From positions 1 to 56,309 of the forward strand of contig JAZUHK010000071.1 of NCBI GenBank assembly GCA_045641645.1: a DNA stretch of 56,309 nt. Reading direction: 5' to 3'. The position numbers were made by a program, and so were the translations under genes. Of the stretch, positions 1 to 9,393 are shown piece after piece. Origin of the DNA: Kiritimatiellia bacterium. GTDB taxonomy: Bacteria; Verrucomicrobiota; Kiritimatiellia; RFP12; UBA1067. Position 1 is the first letter of the stretch. The number at the start of each line of letters is the position of its first letter. The notes beneath the pieces were generated by a model that was given only the letters and a program-made list of their open reading frames with translations, had not been told where the DNA came from and made no database searches.

Positions 1-277
1 TAAGCGTTTCATAGGGCTCGTCGCACGTGCCCGATGCGACTCGTCCCCTCCGCTCACAATCGATTAATTGACGAATCCTTCCACTGTCCACCTCCACCTA
101 CTTTCTCCACCTCCATTCGCAATTACATTACGTGTTTGAAGCGGGCGGGAGTGGTGGGGGGATCGGCGGGGGAAGGGAATTACATTACGTGTTTGAAAAC
201 TTGATATGCGGAAGATTGGTAAAGGGTCTAGTATGTATTGCGTCATTTGCCCATAAGGAGGTGCGCTGGGTGGAGAT

Positions 278-315
278 AAAACGAAAGCGCCGCAGAGAAC
301 TGCGGCGCCTCGTTT
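278..315 (-). terminator. Intrinsic terminator after the PEP-CTERM gene
   Basis: Stem GCGCCGCAG (287-295), loop AGAA, CTGCGGCGC (300-308). It is followed on the minus strand by TTTCGTTTT, about 35 nt downstream of the stop at 346. Confidence 0.75.
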
Positions 316-345
316 GGCAAACCAACACCTTTCGTCTATGCCTAA

Positions 346-933
346 TCACGCGGACTTCTTGCCGCGCTTGCGGAGTCGCTTGAGGCCCATGCCAGCCAAG
401 CCCACCAAGAGCAACGAGCAAGTCGTTGGCTCGGGGACATCGCCACCGGTAATGACATTCCATCGAGCTGATGCGACCTCCCCAACATTGACTTCCATTT
501 GAGAACCGGACTTCTGATTTGCAAATCCTACTGTAGCAGGTGTGCTGCCTTGCATCGCTTCTTTTTCTACCTGATTAGATAAATATACTGACTTTCCGTC
601 TTCTGCGAGTAAAGCAAAAAATAGTGAATATTTATTACCAACGATGGCATCAGCATAGTCAGCTATGGTCGCCGGAATTCCACCTGCTTCATTAAGGGTT
701 GCCTCACCAAGTACGCCGGATATACTATCCAATGTACTTCCACCCATTAATTTGTTAACTAACTCACTCTGGCTAATCACTCCTGAATCAAAAAGGTATG
801 CTGTACCAGATGCTTTATTGACCGCGTCGCCAGCTTTGTATATGTTTACGGCCGACCAAGAGAATGAAGATGCTTCTGTTAGTGTCGTAGCACAAGCAGC
901 CAGAATAAGGATTGCTAAATTTTTCATTTTCAT
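346..933 (-). CDS. PEP-CTERM sorting-domain surface protein
   Basis: N-terminal signal peptide (MKNLAILILAACATT...). C-terminal VPEPTT, hydrophobic stretch and basic tail (KRLRKRGKK) form a canonical exosortase signal. Confidence 0.9.
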   Translation of the reverse strand: MKMKNLAILILAACATTLTEASSFSWSAVNIYKAGDAVNKASGTAYLFDSGVISQSELVNKLMGGSTLDSISGVLGEATLNEAGGIPATIADYADAIVGNKYSLFFALLAEDGKSVYLSNQVEKEAMQGSTPATVGFANQKSGSQMEVNVGEVASARWNVITGGDVPEPTTCSLLLVGLAGMGLKRLRKRGKKSA

Positions 934-1680
934 TTAATTCATCTCAGGCGCAGGAAACGCAATGATCTGCTTCGAATTACTGCCTTCTATCCAAAGACCC
1001 TCACCGGCTTCAACCTTGGCACCCTTTATCCACCCATGCGTCGTTTCATACCATCCTAATTTTTCACCAGACTCGCCAGCATAGTCAACCCACTGATATT
1101 CCTTTACCTTGCGACCAACATTGTCTAGAGTCTTGATTGACACATTGTAAAGCGAATCTTCGCCTTCCGCGTAAATGTCATCAAGAGAGATTGTGATTGG
1201 AAATGGATTGCCACACAGCGTTGCGCCAGATTGCAGTTGAACAAACATATCTTTTAAGCAAACCGCACCAGACGATTGAAATCCCTGTGCGTCATTGCTG
1301 CCCTCAACCCAAAGGGCGTCACCAGGACTAAGCGTTACATCGGTAACCCATCCGTCCGTTGTTTCGTACCACCCTAATTCTTCGCCAGATTCGCCAGCAT
1401 AGTCAACCCATTGATATTCCTTGACTTTGCGGCCGACATTGTCAAGGGTTTTGATTGACACATTATAAAGCGAATCAAACCCTGTGGCTACAATTGAGTT
1501 CAAGCTTATAATTTTCTCATTGCCGACATCTACAAATTGGGGGGTAAGAATCCTTGCTCCAGACCGCAGTTTCGACCCCGCATAGCCGACAATGTTGGCC
1601 GAAGCAACTCCAGCAGCGTAAGTCACCGCCGCAAAAAGCGACGCGATGACCGCGAACATCATTTTCTTCATTTTGTTCAT
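934..1680 (-). CDS. Secreted hypothetical protein with SANIVGY motif and an internal 106-aa duplication
   Basis: Likely start is MNKMKKMM at 1680 with a GGAAAG RBS, followed by a signal peptide. Two near-identical blocks DSLYNVSIKTLDNVGRKVKEYQWVDYAGESGExLGWYETTxGW lie 318 nt apart. Confidence 0.8.
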   Translation of the reverse strand: MNKMKKMMFAVIASLFAAVTYAAGVASANIVGYAGSKLRSGARILTPQFVDVGNEKIISLNSIVATGFDSLYNVSIKTLDNVGRKVKEYQWVDYAGESGEELGWYETTDGWVTDVTLSPGDALWVEGSNDAQGFQSSGAVCLKDMFVQLQSGATLCGNPFPITISLDDIYAEGEDSLYNVSIKTLDNVGRKVKEYQWVDYAGESGEKLGWYETTHGWIKGAKVEAGEGLWIEGSNSKQIIAFPAPEMN

Positions 1681-1890
1681 CTTTCCGCCGCATCCTAGTA
1701 CGGCATTAAGGCGAAGATCAAAGTTAAGATCAAAACACAAAAGCAAATGAGAACACGCACGATACCCAGATCGCTCGCATTTACTACACACACTTCTGTA
1801 GTTTAAAATCCTTACTTTTCACTTCGGTTGTTGCCCCTAAATGGAGTTCCACCACTTGGTGAAACGAGAATCCATCCAAAGAACACGATA

Positions 1891-1919
1891 ATGATAGCAC
1901 ATTCCGATTACGATTGCAA
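1891..1919 (-). promoter_or_regulatory. Sigma70-type promoter for the 1680/933 genes
   Basis: Minus strand reads TTGCAA-17 nt-TATCAT, with TG at the extended -10 position. Confidence 0.6.
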
Positions 1920-1936
1920 CAGGGAAAATAACCAGA

Positions 1937-2560
1937 TCAAAACGCGGCGGCTTCCCGGGCGAGCAATTCGATGCGGGCGAAATCACCGGCGGCGAGCGCG
2001 TCCTTCGGCACCAGCCACGTACCGCCACAGCAAAGCACTTCATCGATCGCCAGATACTCTCCGACATTCTCGGGCTTGATACCACCAGTCGGCATGAACT
2101 TCACCCCCGTGAAAAGGAACGCCCCCAGAAGATTCTTGATCATCTTCGCCCCGCCCGCCGCCTCCGCCGGGAAGAACTTCACCACCTCGCACCCCGCCGA
2201 AAGCGCCTGCGAGAGTTCGCTCGCCGTCGCGATTCCGGGACAGAACGGCAATTGCACCGACTTCGCCTCCTCGACCACCAGCGGATCAAACCCCGGCGCC
2301 ACGCCAAACGCCGCGCCCGCCTTCTTCGCCGCATGCACCATCTCCGGCGTCAGGAGCGTCCCCGCCCCAACCACCGCCTCCGGCACCTCCCGGCGAATCG
2401 CCCGTACCGCCGTCGCCGCCGCCGTCGTGCGGAAGGTGACCCCCAGCACCCGGAGCCCGCCGGTAACGAGCGAGCGAGCGAGCGGCACCGCCTTCGCCGC
2501 CTCGTCGATGACGATAACCGGCACCACCTTCGAAAGCGCGAAAATCTCCTGAATCTTCAT
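1937..2560 (-). CDS. eda: KDPG/KHG aldolase
   Basis: Motifs VVPVIVI, VTFRT, VGAGT, KFFPA and FMPTGGI are typical of KDPG aldolase; next to kdgK. Confidence 0.93.
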   Translation of the reverse strand: MKIQEIFALSKVVPVIVIDEAAKAVPLARSLVTGGLRVLGVTFRTTAAATAVRAIRREVPEAVVGAGTLLTPEMVHAAKKAGAAFGVAPGFDPLVVEEAKSVQLPFCPGIATASELSQALSAGCEVVKFFPAEAAGGAKMIKNLLGAFLFTGVKFMPTGGIKPENVGEYLAIDEVLCCGGTWLVPKDALAAGDFARIELLAREAAAF

Positions 2561-2580
2561 TTTCCCTTCCTCCCCGCCGT

Positions 2581-3681
2581 TCAGCGATCGACGCGCGCCG
2601 AAACGCCGCCCATCAGTTTTTCCACTTCCGCCTTCGTCGCCATCGAGGTGTCGCCCGGCGTGGTCATCGCGAGCGCCCCGTGCGCCGCCCCGTAATTAAC
2701 CGCCTTTTCCGCATCGCCGGTGGCGAGAAAGCCGTAGATAAGCCCCGAGGCGAAACTGTCACCGCCGCCCACGCGATCGTAGATCTCGAGCCCCGGCCGC
2801 CGCACCGACTCATGGAGCGTTCCCCGATACCAGCACAGCGCGCTCCAGTCGTTGACCGTCGCCGACTTCACCGAGCGGAGTGTGGTGGCTACCGCGCGGA
2901 AATTGGGAAACTCCGCGCGCGCGCGTTCGATCATCTTCGCGAATCCCTCGACGGGAAGCGCCGTCAGGTTCGCGTCCACGCCCTCTACCTGAAGCCCCAG
3001 GGCCGCAGTAAAATCCTCCTCGTTGCCGATCATCACATCCACATGCTTCGCGATCTCGCGGTTGACCGCCTGCGCCCGCTCCCGCCCGCCGATCGCCTTC
3101 CAGAGCGAGGCGCGGTAGTTGAGATCGTAGCTCGTCACCGTACCATACTTCTTCGCGGCCTTGAGCGCCTCGATCGCCACCTCGGCCGTCGATTCGGAGA
3201 GCGCGGCGAAAATGCCGCCCGTATGAAACCAGCGGACGCCCTCCTTGCCGAAGAGCGAATCCCAGTCGATCATCCCGGGCCGCAGCTGGCTGATGGCCGT
3301 TAGCCCCCGGTCGGCGCAGCTTCTGGCGCCGCGGCAGCCGAAGCCGCGCTCGACGAAATTAAGCCCGTTCCTGACCGTGCGCCCGATGCCGTCATACGGC
3401 ACCCAGCGGACATGGCTCGTATCGACGCCGCCCTGGAGCATGAAGTCCTCCACGAGCCGCCCGACGGGATTGTCGGCGAAGGCGGTGACCGCCGTCGTCC
3501 TGAGGCCGAAGCAGCGCCTGAGCCCGCGCACCACGTTGTATTCGCCGCCGCCCTCCCAGACCTTGAATCCGCGCGCAGTGTGAATGCGCTCGTCGCCGGG
3601 ATCGAACCGCAGCATGATCTCCCCGAGCGAGGCGGCATCCCACCGCACCGCGTCCGCCGACCTAAGCTTCAACTCTTCCAT
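2581..3681 (-). CDS. kdgK: 2-keto-3-deoxygluconate kinase (PfkB family)
   Basis: GEIMLR, GGGEYNV, DLNYR, NEED and DRVGGGDSFASG PfkB signatures; adjacent to eda. Confidence 0.88.
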   Translation of the reverse strand: MEELKLRSADAVRWDAASLGEIMLRFDPGDERIHTARGFKVWEGGGEYNVVRGLRRCFGLRTTAVTAFADNPVGRLVEDFMLQGGVDTSHVRWVPYDGIGRTVRNGLNFVERGFGCRGARSCADRGLTAISQLRPGMIDWDSLFGKEGVRWFHTGGIFAALSESTAEVAIEALKAAKKYGTVTSYDLNYRASLWKAIGGRERAQAVNREIAKHVDVMIGNEEDFTAALGLQVEGVDANLTALPVEGFAKMIERARAEFPNFRAVATTLRSVKSATVNDWSALCWYRGTLHESVRRPGLEIYDRVGGGDSFASGLIYGFLATGDAEKAVNYGAAHGALAMTTPGDTSMATKAEVEKLMGGVSARVDR

Positions 3682-3696
3682 CTGCTTCCGCCTTTC

Positions 3697-4665
3697 TCAT
3701 GACTTCACGGGCCGCCGCCGCCAGAAGCTGGCAATGATCGAACCCGAGAAGTTCATCCAAATCGAAAACACATTCGCCGGCAGAGCCGCCGTCGCACTTT
3801 CAAGGACCTCCGTCGCAAGCGCCCCCGCCATTCCGCCGTTCTGCATCGCCACCTCTATCGCCACCGTGCGCGCATCGCTCTCGGTGAAGCGGAAGAACCG
3901 CCCGCATAGGCGCGTAAGCCAATAGCCGGCGAGATAGCCGAAGGAGTTGTGGATGACCGCCGCGACGATGATGAGCGCGCCCGCCGTCTTGAAGGTCTCG
4001 CGGCTCGGCGCGGTGAGCGCGAGGATGGTGTAGCAGATGCCGGCCATCGAGACGAGCGAGAGCACGCGGTCGCACCCGACCTTGTGCGCTTCGAGAAAGC
4101 GGCGGAAGACGACGCGCACGACGCCGCCCGCGAAAACGGGAACGATGACGATCTTCAGGATCGAAACGGCCATCGCCATCGCGTCGATGGCGACGAAACG
4201 CCCGGCGAGCAGCTTCATCATCAGCGGCGTCACGAACGGTGAAAGGAGCGTGGAGCAGCAGGTCATCGTGACCGAGAGCGCCACATTCGCCTTCGCGAGA
4301 TAGGCGATCACGTTCGAGGCGGTACCGCCCGCGACCGAACCGATGAGCACGCACCCGGCGGCGAGTTCGCCCGAAAAGCCAAAGGCGCGGGCGAGCGCGA
4401 AGCCGACGAAAGGCATCACCAGGAACTGCAGCACCACGCCCGTCGCCACCGCCCACGGGCATTTGGCGACCCGCAGGAAGTCGGCGAGCGTAAGCGTCGT
4501 CCCCATTCCGAACATGATCACCTGAATGGCAGGCGAGACGAGCGAAGTGAGCTTCACGCCGCCCCAGGCGGTAAAGCACTCCGGAAACGCGAACGAAACC
4601 GCCGCCGAGGCGAGAATGGCAAGTCCGAAGGACTGACGCTTCAAGATTCGGACAAAAGCATTCAC
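3697..4665 (-). CDS. Bile acid:sodium symporter (BASS) family transporter
   Basis: IMFGMG, QFLVMP, GGTASNV, HNSFG and AIEVAMQNGG motifs; multiple transmembrane segments. Confidence 0.9.
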   Translation of the reverse strand: MNAFVRILKRQSFGLAILASAAVSFAFPECFTAWGGVKLTSLVSPAIQVIMFGMGTTLTLADFLRVAKCPWAVATGVVLQFLVMPFVGFALARAFGFSGELAAGCVLIGSVAGGTASNVIAYLAKANVALSVTMTCCSTLLSPFVTPLMMKLLAGRFVAIDAMAMAVSILKIVIVPVFAGGVVRVVFRRFLEAHKVGCDRVLSLVSMAGICYTILALTAPSRETFKTAGALIIVAAVIHNSFGYLAGYWLTRLCGRFFRFTESDARTVAIEVAMQNGGMAGALATEVLESATAALPANVFSIWMNFSGSIIASFWRRRPVKS

Positions 4666-4677
4666 CGCTACCTCCCT

Positions 4678-5427
4678 TCAGTAAAAGACCTTCCAGAGAA
4701 AAAGCCCCTGGGGCGGCGCCGTCTCGACCCGTGCGGTGCGCGGCGACTTCGCGCGCAGGAGTTCGCGGACGGCCGCCGGCTTCTCGTTCCCCTTCCCTAC
4801 AGCGAGCAGGAAACCCACCATCGAACGCACCTGCTTGTAGAGAAAACCGTCGCCGCGGACAATGAAGGTGTAGCGCGGGCCCGCCTTGCGCACCTCGAAG
4901 GAAAAGACCTTGCGGACGGTGGAATCGAGCTCGCGGTTGGGGTTGGCGGCGAAAGACACGAAGTCGTGACGGCCGACGAAATGCGCCGCCGCCCGTTGCA
5001 TGGCCGCGAGATCGAGCGGCCGATGGCAGAACGTCCAGTAAGGGGCGAGATGCGGCGGCAGGATATCGGCCTGATAGAGCTGATAGCGGTATTCCTTACC
5101 CTTCGCGGAAAGCCGCGCGTCGAAATCGGCGCGCGCATAGGCGGCGCGCAGGATGCGGATTGCCGCGGGGAGACGCGAGTTGAGCGCCCGCACGAGATTC
5201 TTCGGAGGAATGGGCTTCGAAAGCTCAAAGTGGGCGACGAACCCCTTCGCATGAACGCCGGCGTCGGTGCGGGAGGAGCCGAAGACCCGCACGGGGCCGC
5301 CCTCAAGATAGGCCAACGCCTCCTCGACCACCTGCTGGATGCCGAGGGCGTTCTCCTGATACTGCCAGCCGGAATACGCAGTTCCGTCGTAGGCGACAAC
5401 CACCTTATACCTTCTCAAGCCCCTCAA
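4678..5427 (-). CDS. truA: tRNA pseudouridine(38-40) synthase
   Basis: YDGTAYSGWQ, SRTDAGVHA, HDF, GFLYKQVR and TAPPQGL motifs. Confidence 0.95.
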   Translation of the reverse strand: MRGLRRYKVVVAYDGTAYSGWQYQENALGIQQVVEEALAYLEGGPVRVFGSSRTDAGVHAKGFVAHFELSKPIPPKNLVRALNSRLPAAIRILRAAYARADFDARLSAKGKEYRYQLYQADILPPHLAPYWTFCHRPLDLAAMQRAAAHFVGRHDFVSFAANPNRELDSTVRKVFSFEVRKAGPRYTFIVRGDGFLYKQVRSMVGFLLAVGKGNEKPAAVRELLRAKSPRTARVETAPPQGLFLWKVFY

Positions 5428-6412
5428 CCTTCTTAACCACCTTCTTCATGTCATTGAGACACGACTTGTCGGCGACGAGCACGTAATCGCCCGTCGTGAC
5501 CACCACGAGGTTCTTCACCCCGAGGAGCGAGATGCGCGCGGCGCGGGCGACGCAGACATTGCCCTCCGACTGAACGACCGTACACGGCCCCTCCCGCACA
5601 TTGCCCGCCGCATCGTGGGGAAAGTACCGGTCGAACGCACCGTAGCTGCCGACATCGTCCCAGCCGAAATCGCCGGGCACCACCGCCACCGCAGGATACT
5701 TCTCCATCACCGCGTAGTCGAAGCTGATCTTGGGCAGCGCGGGATAAATTCGCGCGAGACGCCGCACCGCCCCCGGGCTGAACAGCGGCTCCAGTTCCGG
5801 CGCATGGGCGGCGAAGGCGCCGCGAAAGGTGGCGGCGGAGGCGATGAACATCCCCGCATTCCAGAGATAGCCCTTCTTCACATAGGCACGCGCCTTGCGG
5901 AGATCGGGCTTCTCGACGAAAACGCCGCGCTTCGGGTCGATGTAGCCGAAGGCGGTGGAGGGGCAGGTGGGGCGGATGCCGAGCGTGACGATGGACTTGC
6001 CGCGAGCGGCCACGCGAATCGCCCGCCGGATGGCGGCGCGGAACTTCGCGCCCTTGGCGACGAGCTGATCCGAGGAAAAGAAACCTACCACCGTCCGCTC
6101 GTCCGCGCCGGCGAGCCCCGCGCCGAGCGCGACGGCGGCGGCAGTATCGCGCCGACAAGGTTCGCCGACGATGTTCGCCGCGGGAAGTTCGGGCAGCTCC
6201 CGGGCGGTAGCCGCGACGAGCGCGCGCGAGGTGATGACGAAGACATCCTTGCTCGCCACGAGCCCGGCGAGGCGCGAAACGCTCTGCCGCAGAAGACTCT
6301 CCCCGCCGAAGACCCTAAGAAACTGCTTGGGCTTTTCGCCGGTGGAAAGCGGCCAGAACCGCTCACCGCTGCCGCCGGCGAGAATCACCGCCTTGAAGTG
6401 TACGGATTGCAT
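5405..6412 (-). CDS. manC: Mannose-1-phosphate guanylyltransferase
   Basis: ILAGGSGERFWPLS...PKQF, FVEKPD, WNAGMF, SFDYAVME and GWDDVGS motifs. Confidence 0.92.
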   Translation of the reverse strand: MQSVHFKAVILAGGSGERFWPLSTGEKPKQFLRVFGGESLLRQSVSRLAGLVASKDVFVITSRALVAATARELPELPAANIVGEPCRRDTAAAVALGAGLAGADERTVVGFFSSDQLVAKGAKFRAAIRRAIRVAARGKSIVTLGIRPTCPSTAFGYIDPKRGVFVEKPDLRKARAYVKKGYLWNAGMFIASAATFRGAFAAHAPELEPLFSPGAVRRLARIYPALPKISFDYAVMEKYPAVAVVPGDFGWDDVGSYGAFDRYFPHDAAGNVREGPCTVVQSEGNVCVARAARISLLGVKNLVVVTTGDYVLVADKSCLNDMKKVVKKVEGLEKV

Positions 6413-6418
6413 GCGGCT

Positions 6419-6427
6419 ATTATACCA
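6419..6427 (-). promoter_or_regulatory. Extended -10 promoter, leaderless manC transcript
   Basis: TGGTATAAT lies 6 nt upstream of the ATG and there is no SD sequence. Confidence 0.65.
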
Positions 6428-6434
6428 AAAATCG

Positions 6435-7016
6435 CTATGCCGGCGGGAGAGACGGACGCCAGCCGTTGACGGCGTTCATCGCCCTTTCCAACCCCTCGGC
6501 AAGAATCACCTTCACCGCCTTCGCCGCTTCCGCGACCTCCTGATCCATCAGCTTGCGCGTTGCGGGATCGAACTTGCCGAGCACATGGGCGATCACATTT
6601 TCGCGATCCTTCCCGACGCCGAGCTTAAGCCGCATGAAGTCCGGCGTCCCCAGCCGCTCGATGATGTTGCGGATGCCGTTGTGCCCACCCGAGCTGCCGC
6701 CCTTGCGAACCCTGAGCCGCCCCACGGCGAGATCGATATCGTCCTGAACGACCAGCAGCTCCGCCGCCGTGAGGTTATGATACTTGACGACCGGCGCCAC
6801 CGACTCCCCCGAGAGGTTCATGTAGGTCTGGGGCTTTACGAGCAGGACGCCCTCGCCCGCAATGACCACTTTCGCCATCAGGCACCTGAACCTGCGGTTC
6901 TCCTCCCAGACGACCCCCGCCTCGGACGCGAGCGCATCCACGGTCTCAAAACCAACCGAGTGCGGAGTACTTACATACTGCGCACCCGGATTTCCAAGAC
7001 CAACGACGACTTTCAC
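6435..7016 (-). CDS. pth: Peptidyl-tRNA hydrolase
   Basis: VGLGNPG, KPQTYMNLSG, DDIDL and GGHNG motifs. Confidence 0.95.
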   Translation of the reverse strand: MKVVVGLGNPGAQYVSTPHSVGFETVDALASEAGVVWEENRRFRCLMAKVVIAGEGVLLVKPQTYMNLSGESVAPVVKYHNLTAAELLVVQDDIDLAVGRLRVRKGGSSGGHNGIRNIIERLGTPDFMRLKLGVGKDRENVIAHVLGKFDPATRKLMDQEVAEAAKAVKVILAEGLERAMNAVNGWRPSLPPA

Positions 7017-7985
7017 TTATTCGTGATTGAAGAGATCGTTGATCGACACGTCGTTATGCGTGCGACGAATGGCCTCGCCGATCAAAGGCGCCACCGAAAG
7101 CTGGGTGAGCTTGAAGGGAAGCTTCGACGGATCGAACCCCTCGCGCAGCTTGATCGAATCGGTCACGACGAGCTCATCAAGGAAGCCCTCGGTCATCAGC
7201 CGCTCCGCACCTTTCGGCGTGAGCGGGAAGTGCGAGACGAACGCATGCACCGACTTAGCCCCGTTGTCGCGGCACATCTTCGCCGCCGCCGACAGGGTGC
7301 CGCCCGTCGCCGTCATGTCGTCGATCATGATGACATCGTGACCGTTCACGTCGCCGACGATCGAGAACGACTCCACCGTATCGCCGCCCGTGCGCTGCTT
7401 GGCGACGATGGCGAGCCCGCAGCCGAGCTTGCGGCTGTAGCCGTAGGCCGTCTTCGCCCCGCCCGTATCCGGCGCGACGATGATCGGGTTCGACCAGTGC
7501 TGGTCGCGGATGTACTTGAGGATGATCGGCTCCGCCTTGAGGTGATCGAGCGGAATGTCGAAGAAGCCCTGGATCTGGTTGGCGTGCAGATCGAGCGTCA
7601 TCACCCGGTCGGCACCCGCGGCCTCCAGGAGGTTCGCGATGAGCCGCGCCGTGATCGGCACTCGCGGCTGGTCCTTGCGGTCCTGACGGGCGTAGCCGTA
7701 ATAGGGCAATACCGCCGTGATGCGCCTAGCGCTGCCGCGCTTCAGCGCGTCCATGATGATGAAGAGCTCCATGTACGCCTCGTTCGGCGACGGCGAACCC
7801 GACTGGATCACGAACACATCCTTGCCGCGCACCCCGTCAATCACCTGGCAGAAGGTCTCGCCATCGGGGAAATGGGGGATATTAATCGCATTAAGGGGCT
7901 TGCCGAGATATTCAGCCACCTTCTCGGCAAGCGGCAGATTGGCCGTGCCGGAGAACACCATGAAGTCATCTTTGAGTTCGCTCAT
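7017..7985 (-). CDS. prs: Ribose-phosphate pyrophosphokinase
   Basis: FPDGE, PYYGYARQDRK, DLHANQIQGFFD and IDDMTATGGTL motifs. Start taken at MSELK; an alternative start is at 7997. Confidence 0.95.
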   Translation of the reverse strand: MSELKDDFMVFSGTANLPLAEKVAEYLGKPLNAINIPHFPDGETFCQVIDGVRGKDVFVIQSGSPSPNEAYMELFIIMDALKRGSARRITAVLPYYGYARQDRKDQPRVPITARLIANLLEAAGADRVMTLDLHANQIQGFFDIPLDHLKAEPIILKYIRDQHWSNPIIVAPDTGGAKTAYGYSRKLGCGLAIVAKQRTGGDTVESFSIVGDVNGHDVIMIDDMTATGGTLSAAAKMCRDNGAKSVHAFVSHFPLTPKGAERLMTEGFLDELVVTDSIKLREGFDPSKLPFKLTQLSVAPLIGEAIRRTHNDVSINDLFNHE

Positions 7986-8022
7986 TGGGGGCAACATCCT
8001 TTCCTGTGAAAAATGTCAGCAT

Positions 8023-8031
8023 ATTATACCA
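8023..8031 (-). promoter_or_regulatory. Extended -10 promoter for prs-pth
   Basis: TGGTATAAT in the short intergenic region. Confidence 0.55.
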
Positions 8032-8038
8032 TATTCGC

Positions 8039-9148
8039 TTACGCCACGCCAAAGCGGAACTCGGTGACGGTATGATAGACCTCCCCCGCCTTCACGATGG
8101 TCGTAGGCCACTGTGGCTTATTGGGAGAGTCGGGCGCATGCTGGGTTTCGAGCGCCACTCCGCAGCGGAAGGAAAGATGCTCGCCGCCCTTCGCCGTCTG
8201 GTTGTAGTCGCTCCAGTTTGAGGTATAGACCTGGAGGCACGGCTCCATCGTCCAGACCTCGACCTTGCGCCCGTTGAGCGGATAGGAGACCTCACCCGCA
8301 TAGACCAGCTTCTTCGGCTTGCGGCCGGTGGCCATCTCGCCCTTGTCCAGAACCCAGTTGTGGTCGTAGCCGCGGCCGATCTCAAGATCCCGGTCGGCGG
8401 CGTTGATCTGCTCGCCGATGCGCATGCCCTTGCGGAAATCGAAAAGCGTCCCCGCGACCGGAACCACCTTCCCCGTCGGGATCTGCCCCTTGTCGGTAGG
8501 GGTAAACTTCGACGCGGCGATCTTGAGGACGTGATCCTCGATGGTGCCGCCCGCCTCGCCCTTGAAGTTGAAATAGACGTGCTGGGTCATGTTGATGGGC
8601 GTATCCTTGCTCGGCACCGCCTCGTAATCGACGCGCCAGACGTTGTCCTTGGTGAGCGTATAGGTGACCTTCACCTCGACCTCGCCCGGGAAGCCCTCGT
8701 CGCCGTCGGGGGAGACGTGAGTGAAGACCACCCCGACATCCGTTCCCTTCACGAAAGGCGCCGCCTTCCAGACGTAGGCGTCCCAGCCGCGCGCGCCGCC
8801 ATGGAGGTTGCAGCCGATCCCGGCCGGCGCGTTGTTGAGCGCGGGCAACTTGATCTGCTTGCCGTTCAACTTGAAGACGCCCTTGGCGATGCGGTTGCCG
8901 TAGCGGCCGATGATCGAGCCCCAGTAGGGATCGCCGTTGTCCCAGCCCGCCGGCGAATCGAAGCCGACGACCACGTCCTTGAACTTCCCCTGACGGTCGG
9001 GCGTGTAGAGCTTCACCACCTTCCCGCCGTAGTCGCTCACCTCCAGGACGACGCCGCCGGCGCCCTGCAGAACGAACTTCCTCGCCTTTTCGCCGTACTT
9101 CGTCTTGCCGAAGGGGCGGACCGTGACCGTGGGTTTCTTCATCTTCAC
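8039..9148 (-). CDS. galM: Aldose 1-epimerase (mutarotase)
   Basis: GRYGNRI, LHGG, GFPG, HVYFN, GYDHNW and ALETQ motifs. Confidence 0.92.
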   Translation of the reverse strand: MKMKKPTVTVRPFGKTKYGEKARKFVLQGAGGVVLEVSDYGGKVVKLYTPDRQGKFKDVVVGFDSPAGWDNGDPYWGSIIGRYGNRIAKGVFKLNGKQIKLPALNNAPAGIGCNLHGGARGWDAYVWKAAPFVKGTDVGVVFTHVSPDGDEGFPGEVEVKVTYTLTKDNVWRVDYEAVPSKDTPINMTQHVYFNFKGEAGGTIEDHVLKIAASKFTPTDKGQIPTGKVVPVAGTLFDFRKGMRIGEQINAADRDLEIGRGYDHNWVLDKGEMATGRKPKKLVYAGEVSYPLNGRKVEVWTMEPCLQVYTSNWSDYNQTAKGGEHLSFRCGVALETQHAPDSPNKPQWPTTIVKAGEVYHTVTEFRFGVA

Positions 9149-9393
9149 ATCCTTCTTGAGGTTACTTCAATGACGTTGACCTGATTACGAAGCTGCAAGA
9201 TGATCTGCTCGACGACGCGCGCGGAGCCGAGGACGTCGATCTTCATCCGCGAGACGGTGCCGTCTTCGGTGGGGCCGACATTCAGCGTCTGAATGTTGTA
9301 GCCGCGCCCCGAAATGAGCCCGACGATGCGCGCCAGAACGCCCGGGCGGTTCTCGACATAGCAGTTCAGGCGGTGGATTTCCGGTTTGCTCAC
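9145..9393 (-). CDS. ilvN: Acetolactate synthase small regulatory subunit (short, ACT-only)
   Basis: ENRPGVLARIVGLISGRGYNIQTLNVGPT motif. The GTG start overlaps the ilvB stop (GTGA); 82 aa. Confidence 0.88.
   Translation of the reverse strand: MSKPEIHRLNCYVENRPGVLARIVGLISGRGYNIQTLNVGPTEDGTVSRMKIDVLGSARVVEQIILQLRNQVNVIEVTSRRM

Noticed and set aside
13-48. Small REP-like hairpin at the window start
   Set aside because: It is a single copy at the window edge with too little context to call.
121-197. Possible CRISPR array (repeat ending TTGAA, 37 nt spacer)
   Set aside because: There are only two 20 bp units, the spacer is low-complexity, and no cas genes are in the window.
6171-8009. Long plus-strand ORFs (also 9612-11219, 11135-12688, 16488-18848, 30472-32607, 47835-50735 and others)
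   Set aside because: They are antisense shadows of well-supported minus-strand genes, expected from GC-rich codon bias, and have no recognisable motifs.
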